This document shows, in pieces, positions 45,301 to 58,820 of a DNA stretch of 64,000 nucleotides. The DNA comes from Eledone cirrhosa (lineage: Eukaryota), in NCBI GenBank assembly GCA_964016885.1, contig OZ024741.1:169384001-169448000 (forward strand), written 5' to 3'. Position numbers and translations under genes: made by a program. Under the pieces are notes generated by a model, which worked only from the letters and a program-made list of their open reading frames with translations, did not search any database and was not told the origin of the DNA. Position 1 is the first letter of the stretch; each line of letters starts with the position of its first letter.

Positions 45301-47397
45301 ATGGCTACGAAAAAGAAATTTCATACGTCATTCCCACTCATTCCGTCTTCTTCTTCCTCAATCATCACTACAGCAGAGAGAAGATTGTCTCTCTCCCTCC
45401 CTTCTTTAAATGTGTCTCTCTCCCTCCCTTCTCTTTCGCAAGTGACGAAAGAAAAGAAAAGTCTCGTGCAAAGCGTGCAAGGTTTCTCCACGACGACGAC
45501 GACAGCGACGAAACAGGTGTGCGGGAAATACGAAAACCCAGTTCATTCGTCTGACGTCAGGAATAATAGCAGTAGCAGCCGTAATAACAACAGCAACAGT
45601 GACAATGAAAACAACAGTAGCAGCCGCAACAGCATCACCAGCAGCATAAACAACAACAGCATTAGCAGCAGCAACACCAACAACAACCACAGCAACAGCG
45701 GCGGAGGCAGTAGTCGTAGTACCTGCAGCAACAACAAAAGTACCAGCAGCTCTGACGACAACAACAACAGCAGAGAAAAACCAATCTCATTTGCAGGTAT
45801 TGCGAAAAACTTGGAAACAATCCTCATAACAAATGAGGAATTAGAGGAAGCGAAGAAGATGGTGACAAAGAACGGACACCGAGCAATCTGCAAGGCAGCG
45901 GAAAATTTTTTCGAAACCCAAGAGCACTGTACGGTCACGTACCGTACAGTAAGTACAAAATCCCGTAGGGTGGAAAGAGCCACAGAGGCCCAAATACAAA
46001 AAGCCTTGGGGTCTGTGTGGCAGCGGAAAACGCACATCACCCGAGGCAAAAAATATGCCACCGTAGACGTACTTTTTGCCACACCCCAGGAGGCAAAGGC
46101 CCAATCAGTAGTGACCCTAAGGAGCGAGGAAATGGTGTTGGTGCCCTCCTACTGCGGGCAAAAAATTGTGAGGGTCAAACTGACCCACGTCCCCCCCGGA
46201 ATGACCCCTTCTTGGCTGGCCGCGTCTGTCCTCGTCGGAATCGAGGACAAAACAACTGTACTGCAAGTACAGAAAAAAGTAAGAGAAGATTGGGTCGGCT
46301 CCTCCATTGAGATGCTAATCCAAACCAACCAGGAGTGCATCGAAGCTATCCCGGATGTGATAGACTTCGATAACGGCACTCAACTGCCCATAAGTGTTGA
46401 GGGCAAACGCCCGAAATACTTTCGCTGTGGATCGAAGACTCACCTCAGGGCCTTCTGCAACGAGAAGACCCTGAGAAAGGAGAAAACCCCCCTCCTTCCG
46501 AATCCGGCTCCACGGCTACCAGCAACAGGACAAGCGGCAACCAGGAACGATAGGCCCGTGGCACCCATACCCACTCCACGGAAATCAAAAACAGCAGCAG
46601 CAGTGGAAATATTAACAACAACAACAGCAATACCAAATGCAGCTGCAACAGAGACTCCAGTGCAAACATCACCAACAACAACAAGTGAAAGAGTGGAGCT
46701 GGTACCCCTCCCCGACCTCACAGAATCAGACATGGAGTGTGAGGTGGGAGAGGGATGGCAAAAGGTCGTAAGAAGGCACAAACGCAGAAGCAGCGCATCG
46801 TCGCCTTTGAAAAGGGAGGAAAGAAATGAGAAAAGGGTAAAGTATACTGCAAAGAGACCCACAGCAGCAACAACACCAACACCATCACCACCCACACTAG
46901 CACCACCATCACCACCGGCGACAACCCCACCGCCAACAACACCTTCAACACCACCACCACAAGCACCAACATCGCAAACACAACAACAAAACACACACAC
47001 CCAGCAACAACGACAAGAAAATAGCAGAACCACACCCCACCCCCAGAAAAACAAATGCACGGCAATAAATACACACAACAAGAAACTAATGACTTACATA
47101 ATTGAACACACAGACATTTCACAACAGGACTACATAATACCAGCACCAATCAAAACGCCAACTAACATAAGACTGCTAAAAATAGCACAGAAACAATACA
47201 CAAACATTAAAACGAAATTCCCCAACGCAGTTGGTGATTTCAGGGACCTAGGAGGAACCATCAATCGAAGAGTATACTCAGACATTCTCTTAGAAGAGCC
47301 GACGACCAGCCGAAGGGACGATTCAACGGTCCCTTCACCAGACGATCAAGTGAAAAGGGATGTAAAAACCATCCCTCCTCTACCAAAAGTACGGTAA
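45301..47397 (+). CDS. ORF1 of LINE C
   Basis: 698 aa; N/S-rich N-terminus; knuckle YFRCGSKTHLRAFC lacks the first Cys. Confidence 0.85.
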   Translation: MATKKKFHTSFPLIPSSSSSIITTAERRLSLSLPSLNVSLSLPSLSQVTKEKKSLVQSVQGFSTTTTTATKQVCGKYENPVHSSDVRNNSSSSRNNNSNSDNENNSSSRNSITSSINNNSISSSNTNNNHSNSGGGSSRSTCSNNKSTSSSDDNNNSREKPISFAGIAKNLETILITNEELEEAKKMVTKNGHRAICKAAENFFETQEHCTVTYRTVSTKSRRVERATEAQIQKALGSVWQRKTHITRGKKYATVDVLFATPQEAKAQSVVTLRSEEMVLVPSYCGQKIVRVKLTHVPPGMTPSWLAASVLVGIEDKTTVLQVQKKVREDWVGSSIEMLIQTNQECIEAIPDVIDFDNGTQLPISVEGKRPKYFRCGSKTHLRAFCNEKTLRKEKTPLLPNPAPRLPATGQAATRNDRPVAPIPTPRKSKTAAAVEILTTTTAIPNAAATETPVQTSPTTTSERVELVPLPDLTESDMECEVGEGWQKVVRRHKRRSSASSPLKREERNEKRVKYTAKRPTAATTPTPSPPTLAPPSPPATTPPPTTPSTPPPQAPTSQTQQQNTHTQQQRQENSRTTPHPQKNKCTAINTHNKKLMTYIIEHTDISQQDYIIPAPIKTPTNIRLLKIAQKQYTNIKTKFPNAVGDFRDLGGTINRRVYSDILLEEPTTSRRDDSTVPSPDDQVKRDVKTIPPLPKVR

Positions 47398-47432
47398 GTG
47401 GTCTTTCCCATCTTTTCCACTCTATTTTAAAC

Positions 47433-50400
47433 ATGACCTCACTCAGAATAGGCAGCATAAATGCGCGTGGCTTGGGGTCGTCATGGAAGCAGGGTCACCT
47501 GCTCAACGACCTCAGGTCACTAAACATAGATGTAGTGGCCATCAGCGAGACCAGAATCTCCGAAGCACGGGCCTTCGCACCGATCTTCGGCGGCTACGAT
47601 GTGTACGCATCTCCCAGCCGTCCTGGATCCGGTGGAGGAGTTGCTGTGCTTTTTCGGAGAGGTTTGGATCTCGCCATACGGGCCATCTTCCTGGACCCAG
47701 AGGGTAAGCTGGTGGTGCTGGACGTGACCAGCGGAGACGGGCAAGCTTTCAGGCTAGTGGCCGTCTATGCCCCGACAGGAGCAGAGCAGCCTGATTTCTT
47801 CCGGCGTCTGGAGACCTTTCTTGGAACGTCCCGCTCTTTAGTGTTAGTGGGCGACTGGAACGGGATCTTAGATGCACGCTGGGACTGTGTGGGATTAGCG
47901 GATAGGGGTGGAGGGTGCAAGAGCCTCACCAACCTGGCAGGCGTTTTGAACTGTCTGACAGGTACCGATTGGATTTCCCGAATGTGCCAATGTGGACTTG
48001 GACAAACCGCATAGGGTCATCCAGATCATATCTAGATAGAGTATTTTGTAGGGAAATAGATAGGTCTAGCATAGGCTGTCCACAATTCAAGATAGTCAGC
48101 TACACGGACCACAAATTCGTGATCTGTGTGCTTGACTTAGATAGGCTTCATAGACGAGGACCCGGCTACTGGAAGCTAAACAAGTCCTTACCAGCGCGCA
48201 AGGCCTACAGAGACCGGATTAGCGAACTAGTTAAGCGGGCGTTGACAGGGGCCATCGTCAACAACAAGTGGTGGTTTGCTCTGAAAAGAGCGATTAGAAT
48301 AGAATCGTTTAGGTTTAGTAAGGCTTTAGCAATAGAGAAAAATAGAGCAGAGGGAGAACTAGTTAGAAAATTAGACGAGGCGCTTAGCAAAGGCATTGCG
48401 ACCGACGTGCTTGCGGCGAAATTGGCCCTTGACCAATTCTTCAATGCAAAGCACGAAGGCTGCGTTGTCAGAGCAAGGGTGCATGCTCTCAGACACGAGG
48501 GGACGAAAGCCGTTCAATGGGCCCGAGTGGCGGAGGCGCGTCGTGGCAACAAAGCCACGATCCGGTCTTTGGTGGACCACGACGGGCGCATGCTACTCGA
48601 TCCCGGGCAAATGTGTGAAGCTTTTCAGCGACACTTCGCTCAGCTGTTCGGGGGCAGCGGTGGGCCGGGTAGAGGGATGGACTTTAGTGTCTACCTCGAC
48701 GGACTGCCGCGGCTCTCGGCCACTGAGGCGAAGTGTTGCGAAAAGCTGATAACAGCCGCTGAAGTAAGGGAGGCAATGACTGGCTGCACAAGGGGTAAAT
48801 CGCCTGGTTTGGATGGTCTGCCCTATGAACTTTACGTACAGATGCCAGACTTGTTCGGAGGCCTCTTGGCGGACGTCTACTGCAACTGGCAACAGAACGG
48901 GATAATTCCCAGTTCTGTGAGCCGAGGAGCGGTGGCACTGCTGAGAAAGGATCCGAACAAGGGGGATAACATAGACAATTTCCGGCCCATAACTCTGCTA
49001 AACACAGAGTTTAAGATTTTGGCCAAGGTGCTAGCAAAGAGGTTGGCGCTTGTCGTTGGTGGTCTGGTGGGAGAGGCGCAGATATGCGCCATTCCCGACA
49101 GATCCATCCACGACAACCTCCACCTCATGCGATACATCGTAGAGAGGGTAGCTAGGGAACCTGGCACGGGTGGGTCCTTGATCAATTTAGATCAGTCGAA
49201 AGCTTTCGATAGGGTCGACCATCGTTACCTAGCGGCAGTCCTGAGGGCGGCTGGCTTTGGGCCCGTCTTCAGAGGCTGGATCGCTGCCATGCACAGCGAC
49301 ATCTGCTCTGTGGTGAGAGTGAACGGTCACCTGTCGGAACCGTTCAACATCATGCGCTCGGTCCGCCAAGGATGTCCCCTCTCGTCCCTCTTGTACGTAT
49401 TGACTCTCGAGCCATTACTGCACAAACTGGAGACGTTGAGGGGAGTCCCGCGCGAACTAGGATGCGGAAGATCCGTGTCAGCATATGCCGACGATGTCAC
49501 CGTAGTGGTGTCGAACGCCAAACACATCGAGGCGATCGGCACTACACTAAGAGAATACGAAGCGGTGACAGGAGCAATGATCAACCAGGAAAAGTCAGTG
49601 GGCCTGCAGCTCGGCACCTGGAGAGGCAGGTCCATGCCGTCCAACAGCGTCGTCGGACGCTGGACGGACGGACCGGTTAAATTGCTAGGGGTCTGGTTCG
49701 GTCCGGACCTCCAGACGGACAAAAACTGGGACGAGGTGACGAGCAGGGTGGCTTCTCTCACCCAGAAATGGGCGGAGAGGAAGCTATCCCTGAAAGGTCG
49801 AGCGGAGGTGGCTAACGCGTACATCGCGTCTGTCATCTGCTACCGCCTGACCGTCGTACCTTGTCCTAAGCCTCGCCTGACTGCGCTGGAGCGTTTGCTC
49901 TTTCGCTTTTTGTGGAAGGGACGTGCTCCGATGGTCAGACGGTCCATCTGTTGTCAACACCCGCTACGTGGAGGGCTGGGCATGCCGTGGCTGATGATGC
50001 GCAGCACGCGCTCAGGCTACGACATCTCCACCTCTTCCTCGACGGTGATCAGGTGTGGTCGCCGTTTGCTAGGCGCGTATTTCCCCAGCTCGTTTCCTTG
50101 ACGGAGCTGCAGTCCCGGGTCAAGCGAAGACCGAGAGGGAGCGCCTGGAGCCTGGAATGTCTTCAGGCGCTCACAGCCCTCGACCAATCGGGCAATGTGA
50201 TCGGTGGAAACTCCACCTCGGCGTTCTATAGAGGATTAGTGGAGGGTAAGAGCGACGACGTACTTGGGGAAACTCTAGGCGTCGACGAAAATCAACTAGC
50301 CAATCTCTTCGGAAGAACTTTCGGGCCGGGGCCTATGGACAATTTCCAAAAATCTCTGGCCTGGCAGTGCTACCGAGGAACCTTGCCAGTTCGGGATAAA

Positions 50401-50850
50401 CTCTACAGGCATGGAGGTGCCGTCAGCTGGGCATGTCCGAGATGCGCGCAGGGCGACGAAACCGTCCTGCACGCACTCGTCCAGTGTCCGAAAATTGCTG
50501 ACTTGTGGGTTTATGTCGAACACCTGCTGTCGCGTTTAGGACGGATCCGGCTATCATCTGAGTCCATCGTGAGGATTACCCCGCCTTCCTCCTTTAGCCG
50601 GGAAGGGCAGGCAGTTTTTATCTGTCTGGTGGCCATGGCGAAAGAGATAGTATGGTGGACACGTTTGAAAGGGCTGAAGACGAGCACTTACCTCTTCGGT
50701 GATGCCCTGATTAACTTTTTCAAATTTCATTTGCAAAGGAAAATCAGGGTAGAGAGGGAAGTGCTCTCTTCCCAGCATTTTGTTGAAAGATGGGTGAGAG
50801 AAGCAAGAATGGCCCGAGTGAATGGGCCTACTCTGAGTATATATCTGTAA
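47433..50850 (+). pseudogene. ORF2 of LINE C with two frameshifts (about 47937 and 50003)
   Basis: Three overlapping ORFs together give APE, RT (YADD) and zinc finger. Confidence 0.9.
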
Positions 50851-51582
50851 ATTAAAGGTGGAAAACTGGGAGAGGGCACTTGCCTTGGTGGTTAGGGTCA
50901 TTGTGGCTTTTTACTGGGCTTTCTCCACAAATGTCCCTCCGAAGTCTCCCCCCTTTTGGGGAATTTTTCATTGTTATTTTCATTGTTATTTTTGTTACAT
51001 CCTCTGTTTTTGTTTTTTACACGCAGAAATGCCCAATTGTACCGTCCTGCATTGTCCTGCACTGTCCTTAATGTCTACTTTATGTAAACCCTTGTGGTTA
51101 ATAAAGAAATCATTATTATTATTATTATTATTATATAAATTAACCGTGAGAGACACTAAAGACACACACACAAATCTCAATTTGCGTTATTCATCGATCT
51201 GCTGGAAACAACGTTGATATTTGTCTCAACTAACAGCCTCTCTCCTGGAAGAAGGAAAAAACGGTGATAAATACTTTTCTGCAAGTTTGTGTTAGTAGTT
51301 AATGCTAACACCAAATGTTGAATTATTTCCCTTGATTAATACAAGATAGTAGATTTGAAGGCGTAAGTAAAGATAGTTTAGTTGTTAAATTGATAAAGTT
51401 TGTATAAAGAAGAATAACTTTGAAAGTAAAGAGTAGTGAATAAGTGTATAAATAAAATAATTTGCAAGTTGTATTGTTTTTTCTATTGTGGAATTAAATT
51501 TTGAGTAGTTGTTGATGGTATAAAGTCAGTAGATCTTTTGTAAGTATAATGTTATATGAAGAAAGTGATTATGGTATCTAGC

Positions 51583-51745
51583 ATACTTACCTGGCACAGG
51601 GGTTAACCATGATCCGCTAGGTGGTTCTCCCAGAGTGAGGCTCTTCCATTGCACTGCGGTTGGGTTGACCTTTGCGATCGCCCCAAATGTGGGCGACTCG
51701 GGTGCGCTATTTCTAAGTGTGGGGTCTGCGTTCGCGCTCACCCCG
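51583..51745 (+). ncRNA. U1: U1 snRNA copy 7
   Basis: 163 nt; identical by eye to copies 8 and 9. Confidence 0.93.
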
Positions 51746-51750
51746 TAAAA

Positions 51751-51767
51751 TAATCAAAAAGACAGAC
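51751..51767 (+). terminator. Candidate snRNA 3' box; similar motif follows every copy
   Basis: taatcAAAAAGACAGAc just downstream of U1 matches the purine half of GTTYN0-3AAARRYAGA. Confidence 0.45.
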
Positions 51768-52952
51768 TTTTTACCATTATTAAATTATAATTATCTTTCT
51801 CTATTCTTTGACACATTCCACTTTACCCATTCTCTCATACAACCTAACTTTTCAGATTTATTTCTTTTACAAACTCCCTCATACAACCTTTTCCTATTCA
51901 TGCAATCCTCACCTAACTCTTCTCTGCACTCTCAACTCTTGCCCACGCCGGCATATCATACACTAACACACCATTTCACCGGCTCTTGCCTACCTTTTCC
52001 AACACACATGCATCGTCCCTTCTATTTTCAATTAACAACAACTACCTTCATTCTATTTCAATTCAGCCGCAATCACTCTTACCTTTCACACTTCTCTTCC
52101 AACATACACCCAACCGTCTATCGTATATCTGAGTAATTAACCTCATAGAAACAACACTTAAATTTACCTCCTCTCACACATAACCTACATTATATGGAGA
52201 AAGATATCTGCCATTTTCACTCTTACTATATCTTTCATCATACCACTGGCCAGCTAAATCATAACTTCCATCTTCCGACGGAGAAGAGGCACCTATCAGA
52301 AGAAATCATCAGGCTAGATCCAGAAACGATCTTATCTTATTTGTCGTCTAGCCTTCGGTCTCACGCCAGTTGGATTTACCCGTATTATCTCTCTAGTCAT
52401 TCTTTCCTTATACATTCTAAACACACCTTCCTACTACCAGAGTGGTGATCTTCCGATTCAGAAAATCCGCTGCTCTACCTGTAGCCACTCCCTCATCTCC
52501 AAGCTACACATCCAATCGACCAAGCTTATTCCAAACGCTTGTAAATCTACATTTACAAATCAATACAACAAACAATTTACTTCAGCGAACACACACAGAC
52601 ATATATTACTAGCCAATCACTTATATATGGAACTTGTGAGCATGTGATATCTCTAACAGGTCGCATCTTGAACTCAATCAAACAATCTAGCCTAAACTAA
52701 TATGGAAAGAGGACGTGCAATGATGATATGGATATTTAGGCTTTTCTTAAGCACAGAGATTGTTTTAGTGTCACTTGGATTTAAAATTTAATTATCTTTA
52801 TTATCCACTTCTCAGTAGTGAGAACTTGATAAATATTTATTACAACACTTAAACCAACTTCATTAAAGTATTATGTTGCTGTAGGTGTGTGTATAACATG
52901 CAACTAGATAAACTCTGATATAGTAGATAGATTCTTGTGAAATATCTATATA

Positions 52953-53805
52953 CAAGTGCACCACCATGCATTTTGGGAGTAAAAACCCAGCGTCCACATA
53001 CTCCCTCCACAGCACTAATATCAAGAAGTCTTCTTGTGAACGTGACCTGGACATTGCGGTCAGCAGCGATTTGCGTTGGACGAAGCACGTCTCTAAAATT
53101 GTCAAGAGGGCCGAGGGTGTCTTAACATCACTCAGCAAGACCTTTGTCAGCCGCTCTCCTGCTATCTATTTAAGGCTGTACATGGCTATGGTGCGGCCAC
53201 ACTTAGAATTTGCATCACCAGTCTGGAACCCCTAGCTTGCTCAGAACATTGACCGCCTGGAAACTGTTGAGAGACGTGCAACCAAGCGAATACCCTCCAT
53301 CAGGCATCTACCATACTCTGAGTGCCTTGCTTCCCTGGGCATGGATACATTGAAGCTCCGACGCCTGGCAACTGACTTGGTAAACACCGACAAAATTGTT
53401 AACCATCTTGCCAACAACAACCCTGAGTAGCTTTTTGATTTCCATGTGTCTAACACACGTGGGCATGCCCACAAAGTCTGAAAACAGTACAGTTCCAATG
53501 ACTTTCGGAAACATTTTTTCACGCTCAGAGTTGCTGAAGAATGTAACAAACTACCTGCATCGGTTGTTAGCTGTCGAGACACTGCATCCTTTAAGGCCTC
53601 CATGCTTCCCGAGATTCGCCAACACTACACCTAATGACCCCCCTCCTTCTCCATACACATACACACATGTATATCATGACTCATACACTATTCACTTCCC
53701 TGACATTTGTGTTTTATTCTATGTACTATACATGCACCTTTGACGAGTTGTAGTGCACCTGAGCACTTTACAAAATAATTTCATTATTATTATTATTATT
53801 ATTAT
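52953..53805 (+). mobile_element. CR1 fragment, unit 7; (ATT)n site empty
   Basis: Same as 41484. Confidence 0.88.
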
Positions 53806-54253
53806 ATAAATTAACCGTGAGAGACACTAAAGACACACACACAAATCTCAATTTGCGTTATTCATCGATCTGCTGGAAACAACGTTGATATTTGTCTCAA
53901 CTAACAGCTTCTCTCCTGGAAGAAGGAAAAAACGGTGATAAATACTTTTCTGCAAGTTTGTGATAGTAGTTAATGCTAAAAGCAAATGTTGAATTATTTC
54001 CCTTGACTAATACAAGATAGTAGATTTGAAGGCGTAAGTAAAGATAGTTTAGTTGTTAAATTGATAAAGTTTGTATAAAGAAGAATAACTTTGAAAGTAA
54101 AGAGTAGTGAATAAGTGTATAAATAAAATAATTTGCAAGTTGTATTGTTTTTTGTATTGTGGAATTAAATTTTGAGTAGTTGTTGATGGTATAAAGTCAG
54201 TAGATCTTTTGTAAGTATAATGTTATATGAAGAAAGTGATTATGGTGTCTAAC

Positions 54254-54416
54254 ATACTTACCTGGCACAGGGGTTAACCATGATCCGCTAGGTGGTTCTC
54301 CCAGAGTGAGGCTCTTCCATTGCACTGCGGTTGGGTTGACCTTTGCGATCGCCCCAAATGTGGGCGACTCGGGTGCGCTATTTCTAAGTGTGGGGTCTGC
54401 GTTCGCGCTCACCCCG
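54254..54416 (+). ncRNA. U1: U1 snRNA copy 8
   Basis: 163 nt. Confidence 0.93.
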
Positions 54417-54445
54417 TAAAATGATCAAAAAGACAGACTTTTTAC

Positions 54446-54562
54446 CTCAATTCCCGCCGAGGTTAACTTTGCCTTTCATCCTTACGGGGTCGATAAAATA
54501 AAGTACCAGTAATGTACTGGGATAATTGCTGGCCTTGTGCCAAAAAGTAGAAACAATTATTA
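54446..54562 (+). mobile_element. 5'-truncated SINE
   Basis: tcccgccgaggttaactttgcc..agaaacaattatt. Confidence 0.8.
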
Positions 54563-55732
54563 TATTATAATTATCTTTCTCTATTCTTTCACACAATCAA
54601 CTTTACACATTCTCTCATACAACCTAACTTTTCAGATTTATTTCTTTTACAAACTCCCTCATACAACCTTTTCCTATTCATGCAATCCTCACCTAACTCT
54701 TCTCTGCACTCTCAACTCTTGCCCACGCCGGCATATCATACACTAACACACCATTTCACCGGCTCTTGCCTACCTCTTCCAACACACATGCATCGTCCCT
54801 TCTATTTTCAATTAACAACAACTACCTTCATTCTATTTCAATTCAGCCGCAATCACTCTTACCTTTCACACTTCTCTTCCAACATACACCCAACCGTCTA
54901 TCGTGTATCTGAGTAATTAACCTCATAGAAACAACACTTAAATTTACCTCCTCTCACACATAACCTACATTATATGGAGAAAGATATCTGCCATTTTCAC
55001 TCTTAGTATATCTTTCATCATACCACTGGCCAGCTAAATCATAACTTCCATCTTCCGACGGAGAAGAGGCTCCTATCAGAAGAAATCATCAGGCTAGATC
55101 CAGAAACGATCTTATCTTATTTGTCGTCTAGCCTTCGGTCTCACGCCAGTTGGATTTACCCGTATTATCTCTCGAGTCATTCTTTCCTTATACATTCTAA
55201 ACACACCTTCCTACTACCAGAGTGGTGATCTTCCGATTCAGAAAATTCGCTGCTCTACCTGTAGCCACTCCCTCATCTCCAAGCTACACATCCAATCGAC
55301 CAAGCTTATTCCAAACGCTTGTAAATCTACATTTACAAATCAATACAACAAACAATTTACTTCAGCGAACACACACAGACATATATTACTAGCAAATCAC
55401 TTATATATGGAACTTGTGAGCATGTGATATCTCTAACAGGTCGCATCTTGAACTCAATCAAACAATCTAGCCTATACTAATATGGAAAGAGGACGTGCAA
55501 TGATGATATGGATTTTTAGGCTTTTCTTAAGCACAGAGATTGTTTTAGTGTCACTTGGATTTAAAATTTAATTATCTTTATTATCCACTTCTCAGTAGTG
55601 AGAACTTGATAAATATTTATTACAACAGTTAAACCAACTTCATTAAAGTATTATGTTGCTGTAGGTGTGTGTATAACATGCAACTAGATAAACTCCGATA
55701 TAGTAGATAGATTCTTGTGAAATATCTATATA

Positions 55733-56583
55733 CAAGTGCACCACCATGCATTTTGGGAGTAAAAACCCAGCGTCCACATACTCCCTCCCCGGCACTAATA
55801 TCAAGAAGTCTTCTTGTGAACGTGACCTGGACATTGCGGTCAGCAGCGATTTGCGTTGGACGAAGCACGTCTCTAAAATTGTCAAGAGGGCCGAGGGTGT
55901 CTTAACATCACTCAGCAAGACCTTTGTCAGCCGCTCTCCTGCTATCTATTTAAGGCTGTACATGGCTATGGTGCGGCCACACTTAGAATTTGCATCACCA
56001 GTCTGGGACCCCTAGCCTGCTCAGAACATTGACCGCCTGGAAACTGTTGAGAGACGTGCAACCAAGCGAATACCCTCCATCAGGCATCTACCATACTCTG
56101 AGTGCCTTGCTTCCCTGGGCATGGATACATTGAAGCTCCGACGCCTGGCAACTGACTTTGTAAACACCGACAAAATTGTTAACCATCTTGCCAACAACAA
56201 CCCTGAGTAGCTTTTTGATTTCCATGTGCCTAACACACGTGGGCATGCCCACAAAGTCTGAAAACAGTACAGTTCCCATGACTTTCGGAAACATTTTTTC
56301 ACGCTCAGAGTTGCTGAAGCATGTAACAAACTACTTGCATCGGTTGTTAGCTGTCGAGACACTGCATCCTTTAAGGCCTCCATGCTTCCCGAGATTCGCC
56401 AACACTACACCTAATGTCCCCCCTCCTTCTCCATACACATACACACATGTATATCATGACTCATACACTATTCACTTCTCTGACATTTGTGTTTTATTCT
56501 ATGTACTATACATGCACCTTTGACGAGTTGTAGTGCACCTGAGCACTTTACACAATAATTTCATTATTATTATTATTATTATT
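55733..56583 (+). mobile_element. CR1 fragment, unit 8; tail interrupted by LINE D
   Basis: Same as 41484. Confidence 0.88.
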
Positions 56584-56791
56584 GGTGACCTACGTAGTAA
56601 ATCGTATCATCGTGAGCTCCGCAAAGGTTTGTTATTTCCGTTTGTTAAAAATTGTCATTTATGGAAAATTTTATTGTTAACTGTTTATAAGCGCACATAC
56701 ATTGTTTTCCGAAAAGGACACCCAAAAAGATTGGGGCCTTGTGCCCAAAATTTAAACTTTTATTATTATCAACAAATTTCTTTGAAAAAAA

Positions 56792-58786
56792 ATGGCTAAT
56801 TCACCTCTGCACCAAACAGCTGAAAGCCTTCCTCACAAATTAACACCTCACACCGACACCACCATTGTAAATGTTACTACGTTTGCCAACACAAAAAAAT
56901 ATATAAGCAGTAGCAATATTTTAAATTTGTCTCAGGCAGACATTCATTTCCCGCCATTACCAATGACTGCAGGTGTTAAAGCCTCCACCACCACCACCAC
57001 CGCGACAACCACCACCCCCACCACCACCGCGACAACAGAAACAAAAGAAGAAAAAAATAAATTAACTCGTGATGTCGAAATGAAATCAAGCAAAATGGAC
57101 TCTTCCCCACCAAAGACGACTGACGTCACCACCACCACAACTGAAACTAAAATTAATATTAACGATAGCAACAACAACAACAATGACATTATAAAACCCC
57201 CCCTCAGTTTCGCCAGAGTAGCAAAACAATTCGAAGCATTTACGGTAACTCAGGAAGATTTAGAAAATGCCAAACAAATGGTAAAGAAAGATGGGTACAG
57301 GGTCAGCCTCACCCCACCCCCCACCCCACCTAATAAAATGTAGCATCGGCGCCTATGCACCGTGTCGTATAGAACAATAAATGTAAAATCGCGCCGAGTG
57401 GAACGGGCATCCGAGTCCCAAATCCAAAAAGCTTTGGGACATGTGTGGGCAAGAAAAACCCACATCAGACGTGGGCAAAAGTATGGAACCGTGGACGTGT
57501 TCTTTGAAACACCAGAGGAGGCTAGAGAACACTCCATGACCCCATTAAAAAGTGACGACTTCACACTCGTCCCAAGCTATTGTGGCCAGGGACTCGTAAA
57601 GATCAGGGTGACCCACGTTCCACCGGCCATCGAAATTCCCTGGCTAATAGCGGCCGTCCTCGCCGGCATCGAAGCCAACACGAAAATAATAGCAATAGCA
57701 AAAGAAAAGCAGGAAAACTGGTCCGGATCTGGGATGGAGCTCCTGATCCAAGCGGACCAAAAAAGCATTGAGGAGATCCCAGAGGTAATAGACCTCACTG
57801 ACGGCAGCCACCTCACGGTAATTGTCGAGGGCAGAAGACCTAGGTGTGTCGTTTGTGGTGAAGGAACCCACCTAAGGGCTTTCTACCCTCAGGCTAAAAG
57901 GTTGAGGCCACCTCTCCTACCCACCCCAGTGACACAACCATCAACACCACCAGTAGCAGAGATGGCAGTAACAACTGTAGCAGCAACAACAGAAGCAACT
58001 ATAACAGCAACAACCCCAGCAACAATAGCAAAACCAACACCACTACCACCACCAGCAAAACCAACACCACCACCACCCAACGCTTCAGAACTAGCACCAG
58101 CGCCTACACCATCCACCACACCACAACCAAAACTAACGGCTGTGGAGGATTTTCCACTCCCCGGCCTATCACAACTGGAGACAGATTGTGACGACGAGGA
58201 GTGGGAAACGATATCCGGAAAAAAAAAAAGAAACCAAAAAAGAAAAAATTCTCTTCCTTCCCCCTCCAAAAACAAAATACAGAGGGAAACAAATAAATTA
58301 AGAAACAAAAAAGTTAGGACAGATATGCCACCATCCACACCAGCATCACCAACCCCATCAACCCAAACACCAACACCATCACCATCATTAACCCCAGCAC
58401 CACCATCACCTACACCACAAAAGTCACCAAAATGCGAAACAGAAACAAACCCACAACAAACGCAAACAAAACAAAACAACCAAAACGATACACACTACAC
58501 AGCATTAAATTTGAACAACAAGCAATTATTACACTACATCCAACACAACACCAGCATCACAGAAAAAGACTACACAACAACCCCAAAATTCACACCACCT
58601 CCACACATACAAATCACTCGCATCACACAGAAAATGTACATGACACTAAAACAAAAATTCCCCAAAGACATCGGAGACTTCCGACAAGCACTCTCCAGGA
58701 GGATTTATAAGGACATCCTTCCTGAGGAGGCCACAAGCAGTGAAAAGGATGGAAAAACCGTCCTTCCCCTACGAGAAGTAAGGTAA
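56792..58786 (+). pseudogene. ORF1 of LINE D with in-frame stop at 57341-57343
   Basis: ORFs 56792-57343 and 57362-58786 share a frame; knuckle CVVCGEGTHLRAFY lacks the last Cys. Confidence 0.85.
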
Positions 58787-58820
58787 GTGGCCTTTCCCAT
58801 CTTTTCCACTCCTTTTCAAC

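Larger units (their letters stand above)
45086..51111 (+). mobile_element. Full-length Tx1/L1-clade LINE C in (ATT)n
   Basis: (ATT)n on both sides; spacer sequence resumes at about 51135. Confidence 0.93.
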
